Shown in pieces: positions 13,329-26,439 of a DNA stretch of 64,000 nt. The notes below the pieces were generated by a model, which was not told the origin of the DNA, searched no databases, and saw only the letters and a list, made by a program, of their open reading frames with translations. The position numbers and the translations under genes were made by a program. The stretch's first letter is position 1. Every line of letters starts with the position of its first letter. Origin of the DNA: the human T2T-CHM13v2.0 reference genome, Homo sapiens. The DNA lies in NCBI RefSeq assembly GCF_009914755.1, contig NC_060931.1, one strand, 5' to 3'.

Positions 13329-15132
13329 TTCCCATGAAGGGAAAAATTCCACATCCACGACATTCATAGAATTATCAGGTATAAAAGAGACTTTGTCTAA
13401 AATTTGATCTATAATTTTCTCTTAAAAACTAAATGATATAGCCACATGCTGTGTATGTAATAGATGTATGTGAATGTGCGTGTGTTCTTCAGCAAAACTG
13501 TTGTACTTTATGCAGGTATAAAATGTTGCCATATTCGTTAATTTTGTCATAACAAATGTTTGACCACATGTGATTTCATGCCATAAAAACACACCCGCGT
13601 TTTTGGGGGAAAATAGAATGCTTCAGGTCTCATGCCAGGTTTTAATGTAGAATTAATTCCTTTAAAAAAAAAAGGTTGTTTTTTTTTAAAAAAAACCAAC
13701 ATTTTTCTAATGTACATTAAGGATGTTGGAGAATTCACTGAAGCATATGTTCTGAGCTTTCGGGAGCAATCTGTAGTCAGGCATTTTAAATGAAAATTGA
13801 TTTGTGATTTACATGGTCAGTGGAAAGAAAATTAACTTATGGAAGGTTGTAATGAAATATTAGACAAGTAAAAAAGTAGATGGTGATCTAGTGGAACTAA
13901 AAGTCCCATCTGGAAGAATTCTGTGACATTTTTACATTTATCTGTGTTCTGCATGAGTTGTAATGTTAGTGGTAATTTTATGGGACTGAACTGAAATGAA
14001 AAGGGTGTTATCACAGATTGCCTACAATATAGGATTGTGTTCAGTGGAGAGGCCTGTATCCTTTTCTCCATTTTCCTATAATATGACTCATTGCACTTTT
14101 TTCAGCTACTGTTGTTGAATGCATTCAGCCTTTTACTTGAGGTTATTAGAAGAACATCAAATGCTCACAAATACAATCTAACCACACATTTAAAAGCAAC
14201 ACAGAAGCTTCTCCTTAGTTCTTCATTGTTTAGGTAATGTCTAAGAAAGACCCTTTAAAATGTACATGAAAGAAGCAAGTGCATTGAATGTAAAGCTTTC
14301 ACTTTAAACCATTTTTTTGTTTGTTTCAAAAGTATGATTAACACCTCACCAAAAACCTAGAACATGTTAGCAGTATGGTAAATTTATATCTTCCTGAAAG
14401 TAGGTCATTCAGAAGTTGCCCATTTTTCTCCCTTTTTATTCCAATTTTGTAAAAGTACTCATAATTGTTTCCATGATCAGAGAAGAGTGTTCTAGGAAAG
14501 AAAGGCCAAGACTCTTCCTTTTCTGTTTGATAAAAAATAAATACCTATCATATTTCAATAGTAATGAGCTGATGTGAATTTTGAACGGGAATGAGTTGCG
14601 GGCTTAATTTCACATGCTATTCTTCTTCCCTTTACACTGACTATTTTTGACAGATGGTCACGACTTTTTGAAATATATCACTTCTAAATTATTGTGCCTT
14701 AAATATTTGATAAAATGTAAATACTTTGACCTTGTACTAAAGCATAAGCTGTGAAATTATTTGCCTTCGAATTTCAAAATCCATTTTCTGTCTCTTTTCT
14801 TTTCCCTGCTTTCATCTCTTCCTCCATGAACCACAGCTGAATATAGGTAGAACTTCTAAAAATTCTAACTATTAAGGTCTTTGGCTAAATTGTTACTTGT
14901 ACTATATTTAAATAAATCCACTAAATGTGAGAAATCTTACTTTTAGGATAGATTGCTTAGAACGTCCTCTTTTATTTTCCTTTTTTTTTCCATCGAGTTT
15001 TGTTCTTTTGTGAAGTTTTCTCGTCTTTATTTTTCTATTTTCTCTAATAAGAAAAGTGCTAGTCATTTCAGGAAGTTAAAATTGTATCATGTTGATTTCA
15101 ACCAGAGTGGCAGCTTCCTAGCTCTGTAACTA

Positions 15133-15627
<495 letters not shown>

Positions 15628-17599
15628 TCTGTAAGAGCAGGTGGTAGGGAAACCCTTTGTGAAGTTGCTCTATTTTAGGTGAGGAAGGGAAGGAGAGAGG
15701 ACGGGGTTGGTGGGCCTGGATTCATCCCTGCCTTACCAGAAGACACAACTCTACTCTTCCTCTATGCAGCTTTTACATTCTAGGAATAGTTGTTTGACTC
15801 ACAATATCTGGATTTGTGTCTTTGACCTAAATACACATACACAAATAGGTTATAGGAGAATTATGCATTATTTATTTAATTGCATTTTCAAATCACCGGC
15901 TCAAAATATATACTTTGAGTCCATTGTTTTTGTGTAGGTTTGATGACTTGAATTGAGATTTCTATCCCAATTTAATATAAAATATTTTAAAACTTTTTCC
16001 TGAGAGCTGGCTAGAAATGTCTGTTTTTGTAGGCAGAGGATGGCCTATTGACGCCATCCTTTTGACTTGGTTTTTTGTTGTTTTCTTGAAGTAGAAAGCA
16101 CATAGCCCTCCCACCAAAACGTCCTCTAACGTCAAAACCCAAGGCTGTAGCTGTGGGTGCTGATGTAGCATTTAAGCAACCATTTGACATCCATCCCTCC
16201 TGTCATTTCTGCTGCATATTCGGTTCATAACATTTCTAGGGAAAAGGTCACGGATCTGTCACCAGCAGTGTTTGTGGCACTCAGAAAATAAAGCGGGGTG
16301 GTTAATGATAGCTGGGACAGCCCATGTAATCACAGGATGCCGCCGAGGTCAATATTCCTTATTGGCTTTCCATCCTGTCCATCTGAAACAATATACTGGA
16401 GTAAATGTAATCAGTAAGTAGTCGCAAATGAATCTTTTGGAGACATCAGCATTACAGAAACAAGAGATTCAAGAAGAGATGCTAAGTGGAACCTTTTGGG
16501 TTGTAATTGCAGCCCTGGGAATAATTACCTTAATTAATAGCTGCTAAACCTGGGACCCTTGCTCCCAGGCTCATGGATGAGTTTGCAATTGCTGTTCTGG
16601 GAATGTCTTTCGGGCTCTGCAGAAAGTGTCAATGGGGTAAACACACTCTGGGGACCAGGCTTAGGCACTGAGAGCCTCCTGGCCCCATTTTTTCCTCACC
16701 ACAAGTACATCCCTGCTGATCAGATAGCCATCTCCATAGACCACAAAGTAGTGAGCCATGGTTGTGGAATTGGATGAGGAGATCCATTTCAGCACCAAGT
16801 TCCTGTTTAGTCAAGAGAGCCTTAAATGCATGCTGTTTCCAGTGGATTGATGGCTCTGGTTAGAAAACAGCAGCCCTCTTGACATTTGCCTGTGAATACA
16901 TAAAGAGCTCAAGAAAGAGAAAACAATAGGGCAGCATTTGTTTGCGCATCCTCCAGCCCCACTTCAGTAGGCTGTCTTTAAGAGCTGGCAAGCTTGTCTG
17001 AAGGATCAGCCACAGGCAAAATTGTGGTTTGTTTCCCGACCTCGGACTTTCCTTTGCCCTCATTAGCAATGCTCCCTCTCTCCCCTTCTCATCTGGCATC
17101 AACTGTCTGGGCCATTCTGCCTTCTCTCCTTGGTCTAAACCTCCTCTAGAGAAAAGTCCCAATGCACTTGCTCATCCCGAGGTTTAATTTCCCAACAATG
17201 ATTCCAGAAACACGTACAGGAAAGCAGCAGCTTGGGCCAGCCATCAGGTAACTGGATTTGGGAATTATTTAGGAAAAGAGAAAAACCTCCTCCCCCTCAT
17301 ACCCTTATCCTATAGCCTATATGACTTCACTAGTAAGATACTAGTTTGTGAGACACTGATGTTAAAGTTTTCTCAGTAATGATCCAAATATTACCTACAC
17401 AAAAGATTCCATTCACATGGAAAGTGTGTTAAAGAAACAGGCAGGTATCTCTTAACAGCAATAAGTCTCTCCATTTACTTTGCAATCTTTGCCCTAAACA
17501 ATGTGTGTAATCCTGGACATTGGGATTGGGAGACAAGGGGAGATACTAACTGACGTTTTGAGGATCTCGATGTTCGTGTGTGGACTCACATGCAGCTCA

Positions 17600-17800
17600 C
17601 GTTTATTGAGCACATACTAAATTCTGAGCACTCTCAAAACTCATCTCACTTACTTGCCACAGGCACCCTGTCCAGGCATTATCCTCCTCACTGTTCGTGG
17701 TAGTCAACCAAGGCACAGATGCGATTAAGAGATTTTTCCAAAATAATAAAACTAGGAAGCAGTGGAGTCCAAGTTTGAACTTGGGCTGTCTGGCAGAGAT
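17600..17800 (-). mobile_element. MIR
   Basis: 'tttattgagcacatact...aaggcacaga...gtttgaacttgggctgtctggc'. Confidence 0.6.
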
Positions 17801-17904
17801 GCCCTGTCCCTTCCATTGCTCCAGTAACTGGGAATCAGGTTTACCTGCTACTGGTTTGGAACATTTAAAGTGGCTCCCACAAGATCTACAAGAAGTTCAA
17901 GGTA

Positions 17905-18209
17905 GGCCAGGCATGGTGGCTCATGCCTGTAATCCCAGCATTTTGGGAGGCTGAGACAGGAGGATTCCTCGAGGCCAGAGTCCAAGACCAACCTGAGCAA
18001 CATAGTGAGACCCTGTCTCTACCAAAAATTAAAAAAAAAAATTTAGCTGGGTGTAGTGGTGCATGCCTATAGCCTCAGCTATTTTGGAGACTGAGGCAAA
18101 GGACCACATGAGCCCAGGAATTCGAGGCTGCAGTGAGCTATGATCACACCACTACACTCCAGCCTGGGTGACAGCATAAGACCCTGTTTTAAAAAGAAAA
18201 AAAAAAAAA
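17905..18209 (+). mobile_element. AluJ, full length
   Basis: J-type 'gcaacatagtgagaccctgtctct' and 'gaggctgcagtgagctatgatc'; TSD aagttcaaggta (17893-17904) / aagttcaagata (18210-18221). Confidence 0.93.
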
Positions 18210-18619
18210 AAGTTCAAGATAGCATGGTTTGATTACAAAATTTTGGTATGCTGAGATAGTAATACTTGCTCAATAAAACCAGATGAATTGATTAACTGGA
18301 ACAACCTCATGCCTCTAAATACGTCTCCTTCCCATAGCAATAGAAGAATTTGCAGGTAAATCTAGAAAGGGGGAAAATCATAAAGGGCCCAACAGAAATA
18401 TCAGAATTGATACAAATAGTTTCTGCCATTCTTAAAATGAATAAGTGAAGGGAGAATGCCAGTTAGTACTGGTCAATATACTCAATATATAGACACACAC
18501 TTTTCTGTGTCTGATGAATGTCATTACTAAAATTTTAATTAGAATACAAGCCCCCCCAATGCATCCCAAATAGATTTGTGTGCTAATGGGGTCAGAAGGT
18601 GCTAGACAAAGAATAAGCA

Positions 18620-18841
18620 CAGTAGTTTTCAACTGGGGGTGAGTCTTCCCCTACTCCCCCAGGGTCACTTGGCAATGTCTGGAAGCACTTTTTGTTGTTG
18701 TAATTGGTGGTGGTGGTGCTACTGGCATCTAGAGGGTAGAGACCAGTGATGCAGCTAAATACCCTGTGAGGCACAGGACAACATCAAAACAAAAAATTAT
18801 CTAGCCCCAAATGTCAATTGTGCTGAGATTGAGAAACCTTG
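18620..18841 (+). mobile_element. MER20 (hAT-Charlie)
   Basis: 'cagtagttttcaactgggg...ggcaatgtctgga...tactggcatctagagggtagag...caaatgtcaattgtgctgagattgagaaacc'. Confidence 0.9.
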
Positions 18842-19069
18842 GATCAAAGAACTAATGTTGAGGGTGAAAAAATAACAAAGGGTAAAGAAGCCTAATTGAC
18901 TTTACAATCTGAAAGTGTAAGTGTGTTCTGGCTAGAAATTGTGATAAGAAAAGCATCTTAATATTGTTAGCATGACTGAAAAATTATTTCAGTATTCTTC
19001 ACAGTCTAATGGGATTGACCTTATGATAAATTTTAAGCAGGGATGGAATTAACTTCCAGGAAAACAGCA

Positions 19070-19670
19070 ATGATAATAGGTAGCAGTTTTTGACCCCTAT
19101 GGCATGCCAGGCATTTACTATATGCTTTATTGACATCATATTTAATCATCACAACTCTATGAAATATATATAATTATACCCTTTTATATATGATTAAAAA
19201 ATTGCTATAAGAGATTAAGTGGTATGGCAGAGATATTTCTGTTCTGATCACTTCATTTCCTTTTCCTGATTGACACATAGACCCTATTTTCCATCCTTTC
19301 TTAGAGTTAAGCGGGTCTCTATGACTGATCCTGGCCAATAGAATGTGGGTACAATACGATATGTTCTTCCAGAACTGGCTCCTAAAAATTCCTTCTATTC
19401 AATCCCCTGCATGTTCTCTCTTCCTTCGGATCCAGTGGCGGACTCAGGGGTCCTAGGGAATAGCCTGGATCCCTGAATGACTGTGTGCGCCCCACTGGCC
19501 CTCGCTGGACATAGATGTGAAAGAAAAAAAAATTATTGTATTTATCTACTAAAAGTTGGGGTTGTTTCTTGGAGCAGTTGAAATGCCCTAATTAATACAT
19601 GGGGCTTTAAATAAGCTGGAATTTGAATCTATGTTTTTCTAATCCCAGAGCCCCTGTCCATGATGACTAC
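19070..19670. mobile_element. MIR (minus) split by an MLT1G/H/I-like LTR (~19220-19598, plus)
   Basis: MIR-like halves on both sides of 'ctggccaatagaatgtggg...gttgtttcttggagcag...taattaataca'. Confidence 0.55.
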
Positions 19671-20779
19671 ATTGTGTTACGAATAAATGATTATAAGCCA
19701 TTTCAAAACAAGTACAAATTATTTTCAAGAAACAGTTGTAAAAAGATGTCTATAATTTTCCCTGCATTTCTTCTAGATAGAAAAGTCAAAGTATAAAATT
19801 ATCATTGAATTTTCTCATTATAGAGATATAAATTGATACAAATATGTCCCTGAAGTATATAAATATTCAACAATTTTAGAAGCAGATAAAAATGTATGAT
19901 GTTTATGATTACATGTGAATAGATGCTATTCTTTACATGTTCTTCTGATATTAACTAGATGTTTGTTAGCTGTTCTTCTTTCCAAGCACAAAGGACAAGT
20001 AAATAGATAACAAAAGGTTTTTAGGAAAAAAAAAATGGAGAGAAGATAACCAAGTGCTGCTTACCTGTTTCTATTCCAAACCAAAATAAAACACTGACTC
20101 TTGATGAATGATCAAAGTTATCAACTAGAAAGACAATCATTTTACTTCCAAGGAGGAGAACAAAGGAGGTGTCTCTAAAAAGACTATCACTCATGGTCAC
20201 TAGGTTGAGAACCCTTTAATAGAAAACATCCAATTTTTTAAGAATGTGTGTAGCTCCCTCCAGCATATAGACGGTATTCAAATACTTACTAAATTAATCT
20301 GAATATTTATATTATTGCAGTTAGAAGATCTAACCAGAATGAATACATACTGAATTTGTTGGTAGGTTTCCTTTAACTTCTTGCTACCAATGATTTTATT
20401 GAACTCAACATATCAAGCAAATATTATTGCAGTGGCAATCATTTAATGTTGCCATGACATGCTAAGATCAGAAGTAGTTATGGCCCATGTCGTTTGCCTG
20501 AACTAATGCACATGCTAAAGGCAAGGAATCTTCTGATTTGGGATCAATTTCCATGGCATTAAACTAAGGACTTGCCCATGAAATGAAGTTTTGTGCTCTC
20601 TCAAGGACATCTACAGAATTTGACTCTGTGTGTAATATATTTCCATTCTCTCCAGGACTATTCCTTGGTTTTTAAGCTTTTAAGCTTATTGTCAACAATA
20701 TTTTAGCTTATTTAGATCACATTGTAGCATATTATATATTTTAAATGTTTTCTGACAAATTACGTGCAATTTATTAATT

Positions 20780-21000
20780 AATTCATTTATTTATCAGGTG
20801 TTTTATTAACCACTTATCCTATGCTGTGCTCAGGTATACCAGTTGTCTGGAACCTCAGCCCACATTCTCAATATTATATTCTAGTGTGAGTAATACAGAG
20901 GTCATAGTTTAGTGAGGAAGGTAGACCTGAAAACAGGTAATTTGCAAAATAATTTGATAGAATATTGTAAAATAAGAACTAAAGAAATAGTGGTATTATC
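20780..21000 (-). mobile_element. L2 fragment
   Basis: 'attcatttatttatcaggtgttttattaaccactt...tattctagtg'. Confidence 0.45.
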
Positions 21001-23011
21001 TGTTTTACCAAAAAAAAAAAAAAATTCTGCTAAGTAGTATCCAGTCTGAATTTAGCATTTGGCTTTTCTCAACATTATCACTAGCTGCCTTATTAATTAA
21101 GTAATTAAGGTGCCAATATTATCAATAATTTAATTAATAACTATTTTAGAAATAAGATACTGCAAAGCTTCTTGCATTGCTACATTCTCATTCTCTGGGA
21201 CTTGTAGGAAGGGTCTGTCCCGAGGCTGATCTACTTCCCTCCCTCCCAGCACATAGGAGGAATCCTGTCCGGAGGGCTAGAGGATGATGATCTGGGTTAT
21301 GGCAAAGTGGAATTAGGACCTGGGTTTCTTCATCTCTTCCCAGGCTCCCTCCACATGGCTGCACTACTAATGCCACTGGCCAGAGTCCTGTGATTGTTAG
21401 CGGACCCCCAGAGAAAGCCAGCATGTGAATGCCACCCCCCAACACACAATATGTACACATTACCGAACTTCCTGGTAACTCATTTTCTCCAGCATAGCAG
21501 AGTCTTTCAGAAAGTGTAAAACCCGGTCACTTTAATTATATCAATCCATCTGCGTGGTTGTCCTCCTCTTGTGTTTTCCGGGCTTCTGGTTGTGAAATCA
21601 GAGCATGGGGATATTTCCTCTGAGGCTTTTCATTAAATGGTATTCGGCGCAGAGAAAGGCATTGCTGAATCTTTAATGTTCTGCTACCAATAGTCATGTG
21701 GGCCTTCTATCCTGCTTGTTTTAACATAAATTTTATGGAAACTACATCTTTGGCACGCATATGCTAAGCATACAGCACTATAAGAGCCCCATTTTGTAGA
21801 CAATCAGCCCAGGATATTGTAATCCCTCTGTTAGATAAAATGCATGTTTCCCTTTTAATGATAAATCAGTCTGTTCAAGTATTGAATAAGATGGTACCCT
21901 TGGGAGTCTTTATGATTAAAATTAGATTATTAAGGGAAAAAAAGGACTCTGAATGGAAATATTTTCTGGCCTCTGATTGGCACTTGGATGCTTTCAGTAC
22001 TGCCTGGTTGAGCAGCTGTCACTGTATTCTTACAAAGTGACAGTCCCCTACTCTCCCCAACCCTGTCCCAGAGAACACGGTAGACATGGTGCCTCCTGGT
22101 ATTGTGCAGTGCTGAGGCCCTGAGTGCTCTTAAGCCTTAGACTCTATGAGTTTTGACCTGCAGAAAGTTAATATCAATGAGTTATTGGATTTAGTGATTT
22201 TTTTTTTCAGGTGAAGACAAAATGCAGCCATGTTGCTGTGTGTTTATCTCTGGGAAGGAGACAAAGTAAAGGAACAAGATCACAGTGTGATCCTTCTGGA
22301 AACTCACCTCTCTTTTGTGTTTTGTTTGTCTATTGGCTGCTTCATATGCAACCTATCTCTAGGTGCAAAAGCATCTTTTGTTCCAATGATTCCACTGACC
22401 CCCTCTTCATAGGAGCGAACTACTATTTTATAGGGACTGTTAGAAATTCATTTTCTACTAATGTCAATTTTCTTGCCAACACACTGGATTTCTCATGCAT
22501 CAATAGTACCATTGTTCCATTTTTGTTACATTCTGCTATAATGTTATTCTAGAAGTAAAACTATCCAGATAGGGCATCAAAATAATTCTTTTGCCAGACT
22601 GCTAACTGAGTGAAATTCTCTTAGGCATTCCTCCCTAGGCGTGGCTTTCTCCCTATGTTCAGAAGCCATTTCTTTCACTCTAATGCAACAGAACAAGTGC
22701 CTTCCCACTTTCAGTTTATGCGTTTGTAGCGCCTTGTAGATTCTGTCTCTGCTGTCTTTAGGATGCTAAACTCTACACCACCAAGGTGCTTTGGGGTCAG
22801 CCCCTTATGTTCCAGGATTTGCTACTTTTACCTTCTTAATTAATATTACACCATCTTTTCCTTTCCTTGCTGTGTAACTACCTGCTGCTCACATGCTCAT
22901 CTTCTTAGTAGCCTGCCTTTGCCTGACCCAGATCTACAGCCACTCATTTTTAGAAAAGGAAAAGGAGGCAACAAAGGCAGCATAATAGATGTATCTGGGC
23001 AGATCATAATA

Positions 23012-23190
23012 AAAATAGCTCCTGAATATCAAGTACTGTGGTTAGAACTTTTCATATTATTATCTCATTTATACACATAATGATTTTATGAGGTAGTTGT
23101 TATCATCTCCATTTCGCTTGTTTAAGGTCACACACCTGGTAATTGGTGGTGCTGAGATGAAAGCCAAGGTCTCCCTGCCTTCACCACCGG
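23012..23190 (-). mobile_element. MIR
   Basis: 'tattatctcattta...tatgaggtag...aaggtcacacacctgg'. Confidence 0.6.
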
Positions 23191-25689
23191 GCCACCCTGC
23201 CCCTTCTCCTGCCAGTCCACTGGGCTTTCTCCCCTGAGAGTCAAAGTTTCAGCCTGTTTCCCCTCTGAGGTCCTTGGTGTTGACAAGACCTCAGTCTAGA
23301 TCAGATTGCATTTTATCCCTTTACTCTCTGTGCCTTGTATCCCCTGAGCTTTTTAACATATGGGGAGCCCTTCCTTAGAATAGCTGTCACCTAGGCGTAT
23401 TGTAATTTATACCTATTGACACTATGCTGCAGATAATTCACCTTTGCAAACTGTCACTTTCCACCGTCACCAGAAGTAGCTAGCAAACGGAAATCATATG
23501 CATGGTGCCCATCAACAGAGGACCTTGGTGTCACTTGATGCAAACACATGTGGGGGAAAATGAGCCTGTACCTCCTGGATCACACAGATGTCTTCTTTCC
23601 AATCGAGAGCATCATTTGATGACTTTGAAGGAGCCAGAAGATGAGATAAATAACTCCTAAGATATGATCATTATTGAAATAGATTACTGAACAGGTGCGT
23701 CTGCATTTTCTGGAACGTCTCTGGAGTAGATCTTTTATTCTTTGGTTAAGTAGCAAAATGCAATTGCAACATTTTCCCAAGAAACTATTAATATAATACA
23801 TATTGAAAACCAAACTGCACTCACCACTTCCTTTGAGGACTCAAAGGTAAGACTCAGAGAACCACGGAATTTTCTTTAAATAGAACACACTTCAGAAATT
23901 ATTTGTCCCCACCTTCTACATCACAGCTAAAGAAATTGAGGTACAGAAATATTAATGGATGCATTCAAGGTTAAACACAGTGATGAGTACTCTGAGAATA
24001 TAACTAAGCGCCTCTAAAATTAATATCATAGCACTTATATACATTTCAGTACCTGTCATTTTTCTCTGCTTCCATGGCATTGGTAATAATGGAAACGTAT
24101 TCCTGCCTTCAGATTGTGTTTGCATTTTTTTTCTCATCTTTGTGGTTTGAAATAGTTAAAGCATCAGCCCCAACCAATATGCACTTGAATTTGAAATTTG
24201 CTGTATGATGCTGCCGCTTTTCATTTTTTACCATTTCACACCTTGTCCGCATCTTGAGCAAGCTTGTAAGTTTCCAGTGCATACATTTCTTGTGATGATA
24301 TATTGTCCTGGTGGAAAATTTCATTTACTGGCTGTGCCCTTTGCTGAACCTGTTGCTAGTCAGGGAACATGATAAGCGTATAAGTAGCATGCTACTTCAT
24401 TTATCATACATCGTTTTAGACACTCAAATATCTCATATACAATTCTGCATTCTGCACAAAGGGAAACTACCCAACTCACAGAAAAAAAAAGATCTTCAAG
24501 TAAATTGTCACTTTATGATACACAAATGTATCCTCTTAACAAAAATTAATCGTAGTTTATACTAAAACTGTAAGTATCCTTTATTTTTTATAAAACTGCT
24601 AACCACATGCTATCAAACATGAATAGGAAGATCTTGGCTTTTGTGATTTGGTGTATAAGAGAATTGGAAGATATAAAGACGCTATTTTCAATAACTGGAT
24701 CACATTGTGAAATAAATCAGGGTATTGGGAATCCCAGCAGTGTCTCAGGGGCCGTCTGGTGCTACACTCCTCACACACAGAAGCACTTCAACATTTTCCT
24801 CCTTTTGCCTTGAGGGAAAACAGCCCTAAGTCAGAGCCAACACTTGCAGAAGCCTGAATGAAGCTGGAGAGAGAAGGCGCATCAGCAAATGGAAAACCAA
24901 GGAAAACAAAGCTCTAAGCGTGTGCTTGGAAAGTCTTCTTTTTAAAAGGGTTATTTTCCTAGGCTGCTCCAGGATGCTGGGCCTACCTAATTTCAGTAAC
25001 TTTTCCTCTATTGATTTCTGCTTTTCCCCTGCCTGTCAATGCAATGTTTTACTAGCACCCATGTTTTATGTGTAGCATTAAAAAATCTACATTCTGTCAG
25101 AATGGGGCCCTTGAAATTTTGAAAGTGAAACTTGATTTACATTAAACACTGCTTAGACTAATTAGGACCTTTCTCAAAGGAATTGTGAACATGAAATACA
25201 GCTAACAATTACGTGTTCGCTGTGTCCCTTTCTTTATGGTCCAGGAAGTACTTTAGCTGAGTGGAACCCATAGACAGATAAGAGCTATGGACACTTGTAG
25301 AAAGGTGTCCATAGATGGAGGCCTGGACATTTTTATCCATATAGGACTACTGCCCCTCAGAAACAACAGTTAGTGTATTTCAACATGGTGCATTTCAGCA
25401 GCAACTCACTTCTATACCTGTAAATACGACTCAGCTAGACCCGGCCTTGCAGGGGGCACCCATACAAAAGGGAAGAGCCTCTCAAATGAAAACTCACTTT
25501 TAAACATTTTTTTTTAATAAAAAAGCATGTCCCTTTCTGAAATGCGGGATTGGGATGCAGAATTTAAATGTAACATTACTTCTGGCCACTGTGAAAAAGC
25601 CCTTACTAAATATACAGCAACAAACCATTTGGTTTTCTCCATTTCTCGTGTTGATGGAACTCTCTCTAGGCCCTGGTTGTTCTTGCTCT

Positions 25690-25830
25690 TTGAATCGCAG
25701 TCTTTGAGATGTGAATGAAAGCTGTGGATCTTCCCTACAGAAAAAAGCGCACATCCCCTGAAAGACACAGATGTCTGCATGTAATTTCAGGGGGGTATAA
25801 ATACTCTGAGGTTCGCTCACGGGTCCCTAA
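25690..25830. mobile_element. Possible hAT-Charlie fragment (MER117-like)
   Basis: 'atgaaagctgtggatcttccctacagaaaaaagcgcaca' resembles old Charlie MITE internal sequence. Confidence 0.35.
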
Positions 25831-25834
25831 ATGT

Positions 25835-26020
25835 GCATGGAAAGAGCACTGGATTCAAATCACCAGTTACAAACTGAGGCAGTTTATTAAGCCTCTCTAA
25901 ACTCAGTTTGAGCATCTGTAAAATGAGCACAAAGATAGTACTCGCCAAGTGGGCTGCAGCGGAGATTAGAGACAATGAACATATAAGGACAAACGCCGCC
26001 TGACACATGGTAGTTGCTTC
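25835..26020 (+). mobile_element. MIR
   Basis: Core 'ctcagtttgagcatctgtaaaatgag' and 3' 'gcctgacacatggtag'. Confidence 0.65.
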
Positions 26021-26086
26021 GCCAGTGTCTGTTTCCTCTCCCTCCTTAGACTAACTTACCAGAAAGCAAAGTCATCAACTAGAAAA

Positions 26087-26310
26087 CAGGGCTTGGCAAA
26101 CTTCAGTCTGCCGGCGGAATCTCATCTACCACCTGTTTTTCTAGATAAAGCTTTACTGGAATACAGCCACATCCATTTGTTTACGTATTGTTTGCGGCTG
26201 CTTTTGTGCTACAATGGCAGAGTTGAATAGTTGTAACAAAGATTATGTGGCTCGCAAAACCAAAAATAATTGCCATCTGGCCTTTTCCGGAAAAAGTTTG
26301 CCAACACTTG
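26087..26310 (+). mobile_element. MER58A (hAT-Charlie)
   Basis: TIR-like 'cagggcttggcaaact' ... 'aaagtttgccaacacttg'; internal 'tttactggaatacagccacatccatttgtttacgtattg'. Confidence 0.88.
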
Positions 26311-26439
26311 CTCTATAGCTCTTAATCCAAGTCAACAGCATTTGCAGGCAGTTCCCTTCCTCCTGATTGGAGGCATCTGTTTATTGCTATTGTGACCATG
26401 CCCTGTTTGGAGGTTGGATCTGAGGTAGATACTGACAGT

